From Octopus sinensis (taxonomy: Eukaryota): a DNA stretch of 64,000 nucleotides. Positions within the stretch are counted from its first letter, which is position 1. Each line of letters begins with the position of its first letter. This document shows, in pieces, positions 40,025 to 53,424 of this stretch. Made by a program: the position numbers and the translations under genes. The DNA lies in contig NW_021836145.1 in NCBI RefSeq assembly GCF_006345805.1, positions 33,772 to 97,771 of the forward strand, written 5' to 3'. The notes under the pieces were generated by a model, which was not told where the DNA came from, made no database searches, and was given only the letters and a program-made list of their open reading frames with translations.

Positions 40025-40036
40025 TATTATTATTAT
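39935..40036. repeat. Compound (CAT)n-(TAT)n microsatellite
   Basis: Directly visible. Confidence 0.9.
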
Positions 40037-40037
40037 T

Positions 40038-40250
40038 ACAGAAGGTGGCCAGCTAGCAGGATCATTACTGTGCCAAACAAAATGCTTAGTAGCATTTCTG
40101 ATGACTTTACATTCTGGGTTCAAATGTTGCTGGGGTCAACTTTGCTTTGCATCTTTTTGAGGTTGATAAAATAAGTATCAGTTGCATACTGGAGTTAGTG
40201 TAATTTACTAAGCCTCTCCCAGCATAATGCCAGGCCTTGTACCTACAGTA
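40038..40250 (+). mobile_element. SINE family B, degenerate
   Basis: 'gaaggtggccagctagcag...aaatgcttagtagcatttc...ctgggttcaaatg...gttgataaaataagtatcagttg...ggccttgtacctacagtag'. Confidence 0.75.
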
Positions 40251-41789
40251 GGTGTTACTGTTGCTGCTGCTGCTGCTACTGCTGGGATTGACGTTTGCTA
40301 CATTTCCTTTCCATCTTATTTCAGAATGATTTGTAGAAAGAAATAACAAAATATTAATGTTTGTATGGTGTAAGCTGTCTTAGAGCGAGCTATGAAAGAA
40401 TATATGATTAATATTTTCTTTTACTTATTTTAATCATTATACTGCAGCCATGTGAGGCAATGCCGTGAAGAATTTTAACCGGATGAATCAACCCCCAAGT
40501 TTTTTTTTTTTTTTTTAAGCCTGGTACTCATTCTATTGATCTCTTTTGCTGAACCACTATCTTACAGGAGGAAATACATCAACACTGGTTGTCAAACAGA
40601 AGTGGAGAACAAACACAGCCACAAAGACACACACACACAATAGGCTTCTTTATGTGTAAGGACATAAATAAGCTTTAGTTATGAAAAAAGGTTCAAATCC
40701 ATCCTGTATCAATGTACAAACTCAAAAGTGGCAGCTAATAACAATCAAAAATCAAGCAACTGGTACAAACAATATGAGTTTTGTAGAGAATTATCCTCTC
40801 AATAAAAATATCTCATCTCTAAACTATACGTATAAAAAAGCTAAAAGTTTAAATAACATGTATGCTAAGTTAAAAGTTTTGTAATATTAAATTATGAGTA
40901 GATGTTTTGTGATGGAATAAACAGAAAGATGCTTAGAGCAAGGTATATTAGGATTTTCAACAAGCGAAGTATAATATGTAAGAGAAATATACAACAGTAT
41001 AATAAATATTTTTAAAAACTCATTAATGAAAAGATTACTTATTTTGTTTCATTTTCTCCTAGTAATGGCTATTATATATTTCAACTAAAGAAATTCAAGA
41101 TAATAAAGTAAATTCAATAGAAATACACACAATGGTTGGTATGGTGGTATATTACTTCTGTATTGTTTCTTTAATTGTTGTTTATTATTAAAAAATTATG
41201 CATATTTACATCCTTGTCTTTTTTGACAATCCTTACAAATGTGAAAATTACCAATTAACAGTATTCTATATACATGACAGAGAATATGAGTATGCGCACA
41301 TGTATGTTCACATGATTATTTTCCAATAGTGTGGATAACTCATGACCCTGGAGCTTATAATAGGTCCTAAAATTATTTTGTTTTTTACATCTCTGATTTG
41401 ACAAATATCAAACACACAATATCTAAAGAAGAAAAGATAACTGCTTTAGTTAATTTTTAAGAAATTGTTTCCAACTTCCAAAGAAAATCTTTTTGAGAGC
41501 TTCAGTTATTGTATGTATTATCCATGTCACACAAAAATATGAATGAAGTGTACAGACCTATATGTTTCAAAAAAGTTAGGTTAGTGCATAGAAAAATCGG
41601 GAATGAAGAGAAAATTATACAGAAATTCTGTATATGCCACTCTACATCTCATTTGATATCAATGAGGTTGCACTTGAAAAGTTGTATCTTTGCAAAATAC
41701 TACTGAGATAATTTTTGTCATCTCAAACAAGCACAAATGGAATGTAAGAATATACATATACACATAGAATCATAGAGTGTGATACACAT

Positions 41790-42230
41790 ACAAGGAGTGG
41801 CAAAGGTTCAAGGAGCTATTACCTTTACTGCAAACAAACTTCTCTGTATGAAAATTAGATTGAATAATGATTGTGTGTAAAGTGTGATGTTGCATGGTAG
41901 GGAAATGAGCATTGAATGTGGATAATGCATGAAAGCTGGAAAGATATGAAATGTACATGCTAAGCTGAGTGTATATAGTTAGCATGCATGAATAACAGAG
42001 TGCAAATGAGTTGAGAGAAAAACTGTATATAAGAGGAGTAAGATATGTTCAAGAGAGAAGACTAAGCTGGTATGGGCATGTGATGCACAGAGAGGATGGT
42101 ATATGGGTAAATAAGTGCCAAGAGATGCCAGAGGAGGAAGCTGCAAGAAAGACCAAAGTAGACAAAGGAAGAAGTGGTGAAGCTAATCTTAGGAGGTTGA
42201 CCACAAGGCCAAGCGCCACTGAAAGAGGGG
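41790..42230 (+). mobile_element. Decayed RTE C-terminal fragment
   Basis: SVMLHG...KLERYEM...LREKLYIRGVRYVQERRLSWYGHVMHREDGIWVNKC, homologous to the 57121-57603 ORF. Confidence 0.75.
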
Positions 42231-45214
42231 GACAAATATTTTATATACTTTAATGTTGGGAAATTGCTAAACAACTGATGTCAGCTATATTTTGTATACA
42301 CCTTAGTAATTATTTGGAGGAGTTTAATTTTAGATCAGTTTAGTTTCTTCATTCCTTGCTTGAATACTAAGCAGCAAGATACCTCTATTCATCTCAGCTT
42401 TGACCTGTTAAACCTATTCCCATAATAGGGTAGTCCTTTTAAGATTCTTTAATGTCATGCATCAAGTCATTTTCAACCTTTATTACTTTCATGTTCCACT
42501 ATTGGGAATAAGAATATTGCAGTTTAGAAGCAATGACAACATGAAAAAGACTTGTCCTAACATTTTTATTATTTATTCAGCAACAATTTATTGAACTAGT
42601 TCAGAGTCACTTCTGTGTAGGATTTCATAAATCTAATACTTTGATTTTGATAGTGCTAACAGAAATCCTTGACACTCAAAAATGTTTAGAATACGATTAG
42701 AGATTGGTGTTTATTTCATAATGCTAGAAAAGGCAAATTTGCCTTTCATGCTGTTAGAACTTGAGACATTTGATATCTCTGAATGCCAAACAATGCATTT
42801 TATGCATAGTATATCTACTACACTTCCGTATTATCATAATCATCATCATTGAAGTTGCAGAAAGTATTTTTGAAATGTGAGTAGTACCTAATAATTTATA
42901 AATAAAAATAATCTGTATCCATACCATGTTGTCTAACTTTCTGGAAATAGCAACAATATCTCCTTCAAATTACATGCTACTGTCTTCAAAAGCAGAACAC
43001 ATCAGACAGTATAGGCCTACCTATATAAAAAAGATTATCTACTCATAACTATAATATCTTTGAGCGTAACTCAGCTCAATGTGAGAATAATATGAGGGTT
43101 AAGTTAACATCATTATTCATCATCATCATAATTGTTTAACATCTGTTTTCTATGCTGGTATGGGTTGCACAGTTTCACAGGAATCTGGCCAGCCAGGGAA
43201 CTGACCAGACACCAATTGTTTCTTGTGGCAAGACACTGAGTTTAATTATGATTGTAATTTACATGAATGGTATTACATATGATCAGTCTGTCAAGAATTA
43301 AAACAATGTCACTAACTTGCAGGAGGCCTGAATGTTATGTTGTTGTCCTTTACTTCTTTATCAATATCAGTCTGTATATCTAACACTTAAGTCTGTTGAA
43401 AGGCTTTAGCTTGAAACATCAGTTTTTCCACTTCTTGCAGCAAACGAATTCTCTTGGATATACTTTGTTTTATCACTTAGTCAGTGGGAAAGGGCTGTAC
43501 ATATGTCCCTCTATAGAGTCTCCAAGACTGGAGAGAGTGAGGAAGGAATTTATCCTCAAACCGGGGTAAATAGAATAGTCTACTTTAAATTGGAAGCTTG
43601 AATATGCAAACCTACTTCATTTATGTAGAACTTTATCACTGAGCTACATTTCATAAGAAATTACCAAAAGATGTCTAACTAAGGATTTTAGCATAGGCAT
43701 ATTTTAATACTTAAAAATGGCTAGAGATGTTTCTTAAATCTATAGTTCTTTCTGTATAAACTGACATGAAAATGGACTTTTGTAAAATAGTTATTATGGG
43801 AAGAAGGTAAAAGTAGTTCACATTTTCTAATATTTTTCTTTAGAATATAGCTGATAAGACTTTGTTAAAAAGGAAAAAGAAAAGATTTGAAAACACAGAA
43901 GGAAATATATTTTAATAAATCAAGATAAGAATACTGATTCATTCATAAATATAACCAAATGAAGACAAACAAATATTAATTATGGGGAGTTCAAAATTTA
44001 GAAGTCATTGCAAGAAATATTTTTTAAATGATGTTCTGATATTCAGTAAAGTGAATGTATGTATTTTAGAGAGTATATACTTTTTTTAAATATAAATGTA
44101 GCTATATGTTTATATATAACTGGATACATACATGTAATTAAAAAAGATTGATACATGTGCACATTCATGAAACATTACCTAATTCATTAAGGTATATAGC
44201 TCCTAGATCACAGATCACACTATGGACATAGACTTAATATTGTTATCCTTCTACATGAATCACAGAAGTCTTCAAAGAGGAAGCTAAGGGCTCAGACAAT
44301 CTGGGTTTCCAAACACTATTTGCAGTTCAATCAGTATCAGCCAGTGTCTGCACATATGTCTACGTACATGAGGTGTTAGGGGACTAGAACAGACTATTCT
44401 TTCCATAGCACATAAATTAACTCAAGAAATTTACTCTTAAGTTTTTGAATTTATTACCCCTTTTCCTTTGGGAGTTGCTTTCAGCTGTGAGATGATTAGG
44501 ATTTTGTTTTCTATTCCCACCAACTTAAGAAGAAATCTCCCAAAAGTAAAGAATTTATAATATAAGGTATTCAGTACACCACCCTTCAATGTAATTATCC
44601 AAACACACCCCAATATGTCACTAAGATATTTCTTTTAGTATATTTAATTTTTAACTGTACATTTTACCCATGGTCAAAAATATACATACATAATTCTTTT
44701 CCAGTATGTAAACATATAACTACTTATTTGCAGTAAACAAACTTCACCAAACTGATGAGGTCTAATAAGCCAAAACATGTGTACATAGTTGCTTCAACAA
44801 ATATCACACTGGCTTTTCCATAGTATGTATATGAACTCAAAAATTTCAATTTTTGCTTTGTATCTCTGACTAAGAGGGAAATTTCAAAGATTTAAGAATT
44901 CATTGCATACAACATTCAGTGTTCAACGCTTTAAATATGTTTACACACAGATAGACGGATATATTTCTGAGGTTAAATGAAATCAAACTCGACAGGAGAA
45001 GTTTACACATGTACATTAGCACCATTTTTGTCTGTCGACTATATGGAAGCTAACAAATCTAAATGTACTGGAGAACAAGATATTAACCTTGAGCTGAAAT
45101 GTATTCCGACATGATGACATCATGGCATCCTCATTTTTAGATTATGGTCAGAAATTGTGGATGAAATCAACATGTCTCTGTACATATATACACTTGGGCT
45201 AAACTCACACAAGC

Positions 45215-45223
45215 ATACACATT

Positions 45224-45277
<54 letters not shown>

Positions 45278-45324
45278 ATGCTTGTTTGTTTATATATATA
45301 CACACACACATGTATGAATGTATA

Positions 45325-45365
<41 letters not shown>

Positions 45366-45434
45366 ATGTTTGTTTGTTTATATATATACACACACACATG
45401 TATGTATGTATATGTGTGTGTTTGTATGTGTATA

Positions 45435-45467
<33 letters not shown>

Positions 45468-45470
45468 AAC
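45215..45470. repeat. Compound (TA)n/(CA)n tract containing an ~85-bp local duplication
   Basis: '(ta)n ttgatg(c/t)ttgtttgtttatatatatacacacacacatgtatg(a/t)atgtatatgtgtgtg' occurs twice (~45270 and ~45360). Confidence 0.85.
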
Positions 45471-46744
45471 ACAACACACACAGATATGCTTATGTGCTGA
45501 GGGGAGTGTCCACAAATGAAAGTACCATTTTCTTTTTTGTTAATAAGTATAAGTATACACCCAAACAAAAAATATAGACAAAAAAACTGGTGCCACAAAA
45601 TTAACTCTTGTTATGAATTTCTTTCTCTCTCTTTCCAAACACACATACATATACTATATAGCTGCATACTATATACATATATTAATACAAATGAGCCAAG
45701 AATATCTGAAAGACTACCAGAGGATCAGGATAGACAAAATGATAGACTGTCTGGAGGAAGATATCGCATCACAAAATTAAGAGAATCTATTTGAAAAGAA
45801 AATATCAATAAATAACAAACAAAGAAAGCCAAAACAAGAGAAATCTATTGATTAATGCCGACCCATGCTGCAGAATGATTGAGTTGTTTGGGAAATGAAG
45901 TGATTGGCAAATAAGAGGAACAGAAGCTAAAACTTTAAAAATAACATAAATGTATAAACAAACAATACCTGTCTAATGTAAATGAACTGGTTTGGGAAAC
46001 AAGTTGATTAGATGTGCAGCACATACATGGGAATGAGTGAGCGCTGTGTGTTTGTATGTGTATTTGCATTTTGTTTATATATTGCTTGCATACATCCCCC
46101 CACAAACACACACACACACACACACGTATGTATATACAGATGTAATGCTTCTAAGTATGAAGTGCAAATCTACATACGGACAAATAGAAATGAAATGTAT
46201 GTAAATGAGGGGATCACACAGTTATCTACATAGTGATGTACAAATAAGTAAAAGTAAATTAAAGATGTGCATATGTGTAAGGATGTAATAATATATGGCG
46301 GTTGTGTTCTTGCATTTTATGTATGCAAAGGTAATACGCATGAGATTATTTTACGCATGCACACATAAACAGATAAATATGAGACATTTAGGTGCATTTT
46401 TTCAAATGTTTAATATATCAGCCATATTTCAGATATAAAATGGAGGTAAAGGCGGTGCTCCAGCATGGCCGCAGTCAAATGACTGAAACAAGTAAAAGAG
46501 TACATAGAATAAAATTTTAAATAGTAAAATTCCATATATGGGTTAATATCTATGTCAGCCACAATATATACAAACTACTTAGAATTAAATTCACTTAAGG
46601 ATATATGCATAAATACGTGTATACACACACATACACATATATAATGATATGGTTCATGTGTTCAAACATTTGTCAATCATATTTATGTATGTCCACATTT
46701 TTCCTTATTTCTTTGATTTCTGTGAAATTAAGCCACGAGTGTGA

Positions 46745-46759
46745 TATATATATATATTA

Positions 46760-46808
<49 letters not shown>

Positions 46809-46901
46809 AATATATATATTATATATATAAATATATATATATATAAATATATATATATATAAATATATATATTATATATATAAATATAATATATATATAT
46901 A

Positions 46902-46993
<92 letters not shown>

Positions 46994-47124
46994 CATATAT
47001 ATATAAATATATATATATATATACATATATATATAAATATATATATACATATAATATAAATATATATATATATATACATATATATATAAATATATATATA
47101 TATAAAATATATATATATATATAT

Positions 47125-47158
<34 letters not shown>

Positions 47159-47195
47159 ATATAATTATATATATATATATATATTATATATATAA
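46745..47195. repeat. ~450-bp interrupted (TA)n tract
   Basis: Almost pure A/T with periodic 'aaat' and 'acat' interruptions. Confidence 0.95.
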
Positions 47196-49489
47196 AAGAA
47201 AAAGAAACCTGTGCAATAACTTCTTTTAAAAGAATATATTTCAGAATATATATTAAATTACTGCACCACATATATTAATACATCAAAACAGGTGTATATG
47301 AGGGATTTAAAATGTATAAAAGATATAATAAAAAAAAGAAATTACATGAAAATTTGAATGCATGTTGGAGGTGTGTGTATGCATTTGGTTGTTTCCAATT
47401 CCATGATGTACTCAGCCCACACAGTGGCTGAATGGAAAGCACTCATTCTGTAAATTTATTTCTATGCAGAATGTTTATAGCATGTTCATAACATTCTGCA
47501 TACAAATTATGCACATTATGTTATAAATAAATTAATAAGATCTCAAAGGCACTGATATATCTTTAAAAGACATGTAATCTTAAACAGTTTTGTTTAATTA
47601 GAATGTAAAATCAAAAACTACAAGAAAAGCATTTAATATTTATTTTGAAACATGAAATAATTTCTCATAGTTTAAATATATTAAAATGTTTGATAAATGA
47701 CAAATTTTATGAAGAATCTTTTAAATTTAAAGACTGAATATCTGAAAGGTTGCAGCATACAGAAATTTTAGTTAACGAAAGTTATAAGCACCTCTATATT
47801 TCATCTCCCTGTGATTACTCCTTAAATTTGAATAATATCTCCAAAATTGGATGCTGATGAATAATTTTGTTCTCTAAGATATTAAGTAAATGTGATTTTA
47901 ATGATTTTAATTTCATAGCATTATAGCTTGAACTAAAAGAATTAAAAGAGCATTTTATAAAATTTATAAAATGTTACTTGATATAAAATTTTATAAAACA
48001 CTCTTAAATCTTGTAAGTTACCTAGATGTATTTATCTCAAAATGTGCTTACTCATAAGAAATCTTTAGTAAAATAAGAATTATTATTAGTTTTAAGGAGC
48101 AGGTATGACTGAGTGTTCAAGAAGCTTGCTTCACAAGCAAATGGTCTTTAGGTTCAGTTCCACAGTGCAGCACCTTGACTAACTGTCTTCTGTTATTGCC
48201 TCTGGTCAACCATTACCTTGAGGAAAATTGCTAGATGGAAAATGCATCACATATATGATGATAGGTGTGTGTGAGTGTGTGTGTGCGTGCATGCATGCCT
48301 GTGAAAGTTATCTATTACACTTCTAGCATCTGAGCAAGTACAAATGTGATCATATTTTGCATTTCCGGTGAGTATTACACGTCATGGCTCTGTGCTCTCA
48401 AAGCAGTGGAATATAAACTCCTGTATTGTGAAACAGATAAGAGTTGGTGACAGGAAAAGCATCCAACCAAAAGCACATGTTTAACATATGCCAACACCAA
48501 AAATGAGATATAAAAACAAATTTTCAAAGAAAGCTCTCAGGTCAATGACAACATAATTCGTGAGTGGTATTTTTCCTCGGTATTAAAATTATTCAATTTT
48601 GATTAACAGAAATATTCTTAACAATAAGCAAAAATTAACTGGGTTGCTTTTTATTCCACTAACCATGTATACTATGTACATTATAAATATATGCATTTTT
48701 GATTGTAGAAAATATATAATAAATGTAAATTAGAATAATCCAATAATTCTTAAAAAAAAATCTCTTGAAATATAACAAAATATCTTATTAACAATATGTA
48801 TGCCTTCATATGTGACTGCAGGATGTGTGTCTATGCCTTTGTATGGTGGAGAGGGTTATCAGATTGAGCAAACATATGAATTCTAGCACTGAACATTTCC
48901 TATTTTTGCTTTTCTGTCAGTGTCAGGAACACTTTATTCATTACTTTTTCTTTTAAAGACAGTAAGGGTAGATTTGGTTGCTGTTTCTAGAAATCAAGTA
49001 ACAGTATAGAGGCAACTATGTTAGCTTTCTAGTATTATCTGCTAAATACCGTACAAGATGAGAGGACAAGATGAGGCAGAGAAATCACAAATCCCTTCAG
49101 GTAGATGGCCCTGCTTGATCTGTAGAAAATTATAGGTAGAAACTCCATAAGAGTAAGCTTTGGACACATAAAATGTGCAGCAATATCAAAGGAAGGTTAA
49201 TAGTGAAACTAGCTTTTGTATGTGAAAGATGCACAGGTACAATAAATGCTGAAAATGTGCAGAAAATACTGTACAAGATGAGAGGACAAATGGACAATTT
49301 AGATTCATGAAGCAAATCACTTTTATGCATTTAAACAGTAAGAAATTTGTACGATCAAGTCTTATTTAATAATCAGCAGCAAAAAGAGATGATAGGAGAA
49401 AGGCTTTAAGTATTATATAAGAAATGTAAGTCAAAATTGTTACATAACTATTTTTAAAAAAATTAATATATATATATATATATATTGAG

Positions 49490-50027
49490 TATTGGTTCCT
49501 TTCAAGCGTTGGCTGAGTTCCTTTCAAGCGATGGACCTCATATATGCAAAGTGGCCAAGTTCCTTTGAAGCGCTGTGCCTCATGGAGGCAAAGTGACTGA
49601 GCTCCTTTCGAGTGTTGGGCCTCATGGAGGCTAAGTGGCTGAGTTCCTTTTGACCACTGGGCCTCAGGGAGGTAAAGTGGTCAAGTTCCTTTTGAATGTT
49701 AGGCCTCACAAAGGCAAAGTGGCTGAGTTCCTTTCAAGTGTTGGGCCACACAGAGGCAATTACCAAGACCTTTGGCATTATGTGGTGCTTGAGAAGAATA
49801 CCCATAAAGCTGAGAAAAATCAGTCTAGGCAGATACCAGTGTCACACAAATGGCACCCATGCCAGTGGCACATAAGCGCATCCATTGCACCCTCAGAGTA
49901 GTTGGCATTAGGAAGAGCATCCAGCCATAGAAAACCATACCAAATCAGACTGGAGTCTGGTGCAGCCTCCCAGCCCAGGTCAAACTGTCCAACCCATGCT
50001 AGCATAGACAACGGATGTTAAATGATG
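49490..50027 (+). mobile_element. RTE-derived 3' element carrying a 42-bp tandem array
   Basis: About 6-7 units of 'gttcctttcaagtgttgggcctcatggaggcaaagtggctga' (49497-49760), then 'gacctttggcattatgtggtgcttgagaag' (RTE ORF end), then the RTE tail with (GAT)n. Confidence 0.8.
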
Positions 50028-50067
<40 letters not shown>

Positions 50068-50072
<5 letters not shown>

Positions 50073-50368
50073 TCTTGAACATCTGTTGAGCTAATCCATA
50101 GTATATGCTTTTCAATTCTTTATATGCTGCCAGGGATCCCAATGAAAATTACATATATATATATATATATATATACTAACAAAATAATAAATAAAACATA
50201 TGCATATATACATACATATATGTACATACCTACATCTATATATCTATATGTATATATACATGCATATATATATATATATATATGCAATTTGTAGTGGGAT
50301 CCCTGGCAGCATATGCAGAACTGATAATCATCTACACTGTATTAGCTCAACAGATGTTCAAGAATATA
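50068..50368. mobile_element. Foldback element with ~90-bp inverted arms around a (TA)n-rich spacer
   Basis: 'tatattcttgaacatctgttgagctaat...atatgctgccagggatccca' at 50068-50158 is the reverse complement of 50280-50368. Confidence 0.8.
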
Positions 50369-52514
50369 AATTTCGACTTTTTAGGTACGTCACTGAACTT
50401 AGAGAATATTTTCTATGACCAAAAAGATATATTTAGACCTGGGATTGATATGAAATCTACTATAATATAAGGCAAAAGAGACATATATATGAATTTCAAA
50501 AAGAATTTCAGGAGCTATACAGGGAATGTATGGAAAGTAATAAAATAATGAAATACTATGAATGTGTATTTCTAACATACAAGAAAGGGTGAGAGCATAT
50601 TAATAGTTTGGGAAATCCTCATTATTTCGCTACACTAGTATTGGTAAGATAGTTCATCAGGAACAGACAAGCCAAAGGGCTGAGCTGAGCCCCAATAACT
50701 TCATTCAGATGGTTTCTATAGCAGGATGTCCTTCTAATACTAACCACTTTCCAGAGTGTTCAGGATGATCTTTTCATAGCACCAGCACTGATGAGGTGAC
50801 TAAGTATTCACAAAGGAAAAACTCCAGAAGAAAGTGGATATAATATTGAGGAATGTGAAAGTATGATAGTAGGGCAAGTAAATCACAAATGCATGTAAAT
50901 TGTATTAAGGTGAGCTAAATTTGGCATGGATTTGATCAGCAGCAGCCCAACTATATCATTAATGTAATACCTTCCAATACAGCGTGATGCTGTGACTAAA
51001 ACGATATGCAATGCCATTCATAAAAAACACTGCTCTGGAAGGAATTTTAAAAATGGTCACATTATTGAATACATATTACATATATTATACATATTCCATC
51101 ATTATACAAAGTGTAATGATGTAACATTCACATCAAGTCAGTCACCAAGTACTAACATAACAGGCCTGATAAAATTCTTTGAAAAAGAAAAGGTAAAATT
51201 ATATACTCATAAAAAAATCAGCTACCATACAGATATACTTTATTTCAAAACTCTGTAAGAAAGAGATTATTTAAGGAACTATTACTTCAAAACCTACAGA
51301 TTCACTGTCCAGATTATAAATTCACATCTATAGCTCTACTAAATAATACACTTGTTTATGTTAGTAGATGCTCTGAAATTTTCTGGCAGTAAAGAAAATG
51401 ATAAAGTTAATTTGCATGTTACAAATATAATCTCTGTTTCACTATATCTCATGCATACTTTCAGTTATCTGACCTTTTCTCTCTGTGTATATAAGGATAT
51501 ATATTGATAAACTTGTGTGTTTGTGTATATGTGTGGTTTATGAATAATGTTTTAAAAGATTGGTTATATTTTATACTTAATCTTAACAGTCATTTCAGCT
51601 TATTGAGATCTATCTATGCTCTTTTCCCCACATTCAGTACTCTATTTTTTGTTATTCATTTCTCCTGATGCTTGTGGCAGATAACATATTGATATGTAAC
51701 CATTGGCAAATAACACATAGATATGTATCCATATACTCTTACATATGCACATACACACACACATAACATGTAAACATACATAGACACATATACCCAGTTG
51801 TTTTGTGTGTATGTATGAATGTACATCTGCATATTATTCATTCCACTCTCATTCCATTTACAGTAGATAGGCAGATTGATACAGTGGGATATCAGCTACC
51901 CCGCTTGGATTGAACCCATTTTCTATTGTTCTGACAAGAACGAAGTGAGTGCTTTAATCTCTAGGCCACAGAAACAATTAATGTTTTAATAAACAAAAAA
52001 TTGACACAGATCCAGATATTTTATTGCAAGATATAATTTTGACAAACTTTTAATCCTTTCCACATTTGCAATATACCTTTCAAACAGCAATAAATAAAAA
52101 ATATCACTATTATTAACATAAAAGCCATCAAAACAATAACAATAAAATACAAAAATCACAATTTTCTTCATCAATATTGTTGCTATAAATGATATTCAAC
52201 AGTTCCTTCACAAGTCTATTTCACCTATTTGATGTACATAATACAGCTCTAAGCTAGCTGCTATTTTATTTATGTACACAGAATTCACATCTGTGTCATT
52301 TCGATGTTTTGTCTCCCACTGTACTGTGTGATTCTACTGAATGACATACAACTGTTACTAACAATACTATGCTACGCTTCTCACAAAGCAGCATTTTCAT
52401 TCATATATCTATACTACACTGATATAGCATGAATTCAAGCTGGAGATCAAAGTGTTTGATAATATTCTCTTTTCATATATTCTGTCATTGAATTCTGTAT
52501 AACAAAATGTATGT

Positions 52515-52548
<34 letters not shown>

Positions 52549-52572
52549 TTACTTATACACATACACACATGC

Positions 52573-52603
<31 letters not shown>

Positions 52604-52910
52604 ATACACACACACCCACACAGCTTAGACACACACACATACATACATACATTCATACATACATTATATATATATATATAATAATACAATACACACATGT
52701 GTATATATATGTGTGTATACACATATACATAAATAAATACACATACACACATATATATATATGACAGGTTTCTTTCAGTTTTTGCAAGCCAAATGTGCTC
52801 ACAAGGTTTTGGTTAGCCCAGAGCAATAGTAGAAGACTCTTGCCAAGATGCCATGCAATGGGACTAAAATCAGAGCCATGTGATTTTAAACAAAGCTTCT
52901 TCCATGTATA

Positions 52911-53401
52911 CAGAGTGACCCAAAAGTAGGTTTACAGTTACCAGTAAGCACTTTAAATTTCTTTTAATGTACTTTATTACATTTAAATTTCAATCTTACA
53001 ATTAACTAAAGTAGCATAGAATAATACTTTCATATGTTTTTATAATTAAGATTTAATATATGTTAATATATGAGTATGAAAGAGATAATTGAATAGCTGT
53101 AAACCTCATCATCATCATTGTTCGACCGTGGTAAAGACTAAATTCCATAGTCTTTTCAAATGGCTAATAATGTGTGCACGTGCCACTACTACACACATTG
53201 GAAAGCATTGTACAACCAAGTACTAAAGAAGATCTTTCCTCCTCCATGAAACAAAGCTGTTTCCGCTGGACGTCAACCCAGTATTTCTAAGCTATGGACC
53301 AAGTGATTTATTGTAAGGTTATCTCCCTAGATAGATTGCCTTCACTACGGCTAAGGAGCCCTTTCTACCCCAGCATGTAAACCTACATTTGGGCCACACT
53401 G
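52911..53401. mobile_element. Tc1/mariner-type MITE with nested retroposon
   Basis: The left end is TA plus 'cagagtgacccaaaagtaggtttaca'. The right-end reverse complement is 'cagtgtggcccaaatgtaggtttaca'. Confidence 0.7.
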
Positions 53402-53424
53402 TGTATGTTTATACATAGAGTAGG

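Noticed and set aside
45120-47271. Long YI/IY-rich ORFs (also 52507-52764 and 54415-54815)
   Set aside because: These are translations of (TA)n/(CA)n microsatellites.
49497-49760. CRISPR-like appearance of regularly spaced repeats
   Set aside because: The units are contiguous with no unique spacers, the context is eukaryotic and there are no cas genes.
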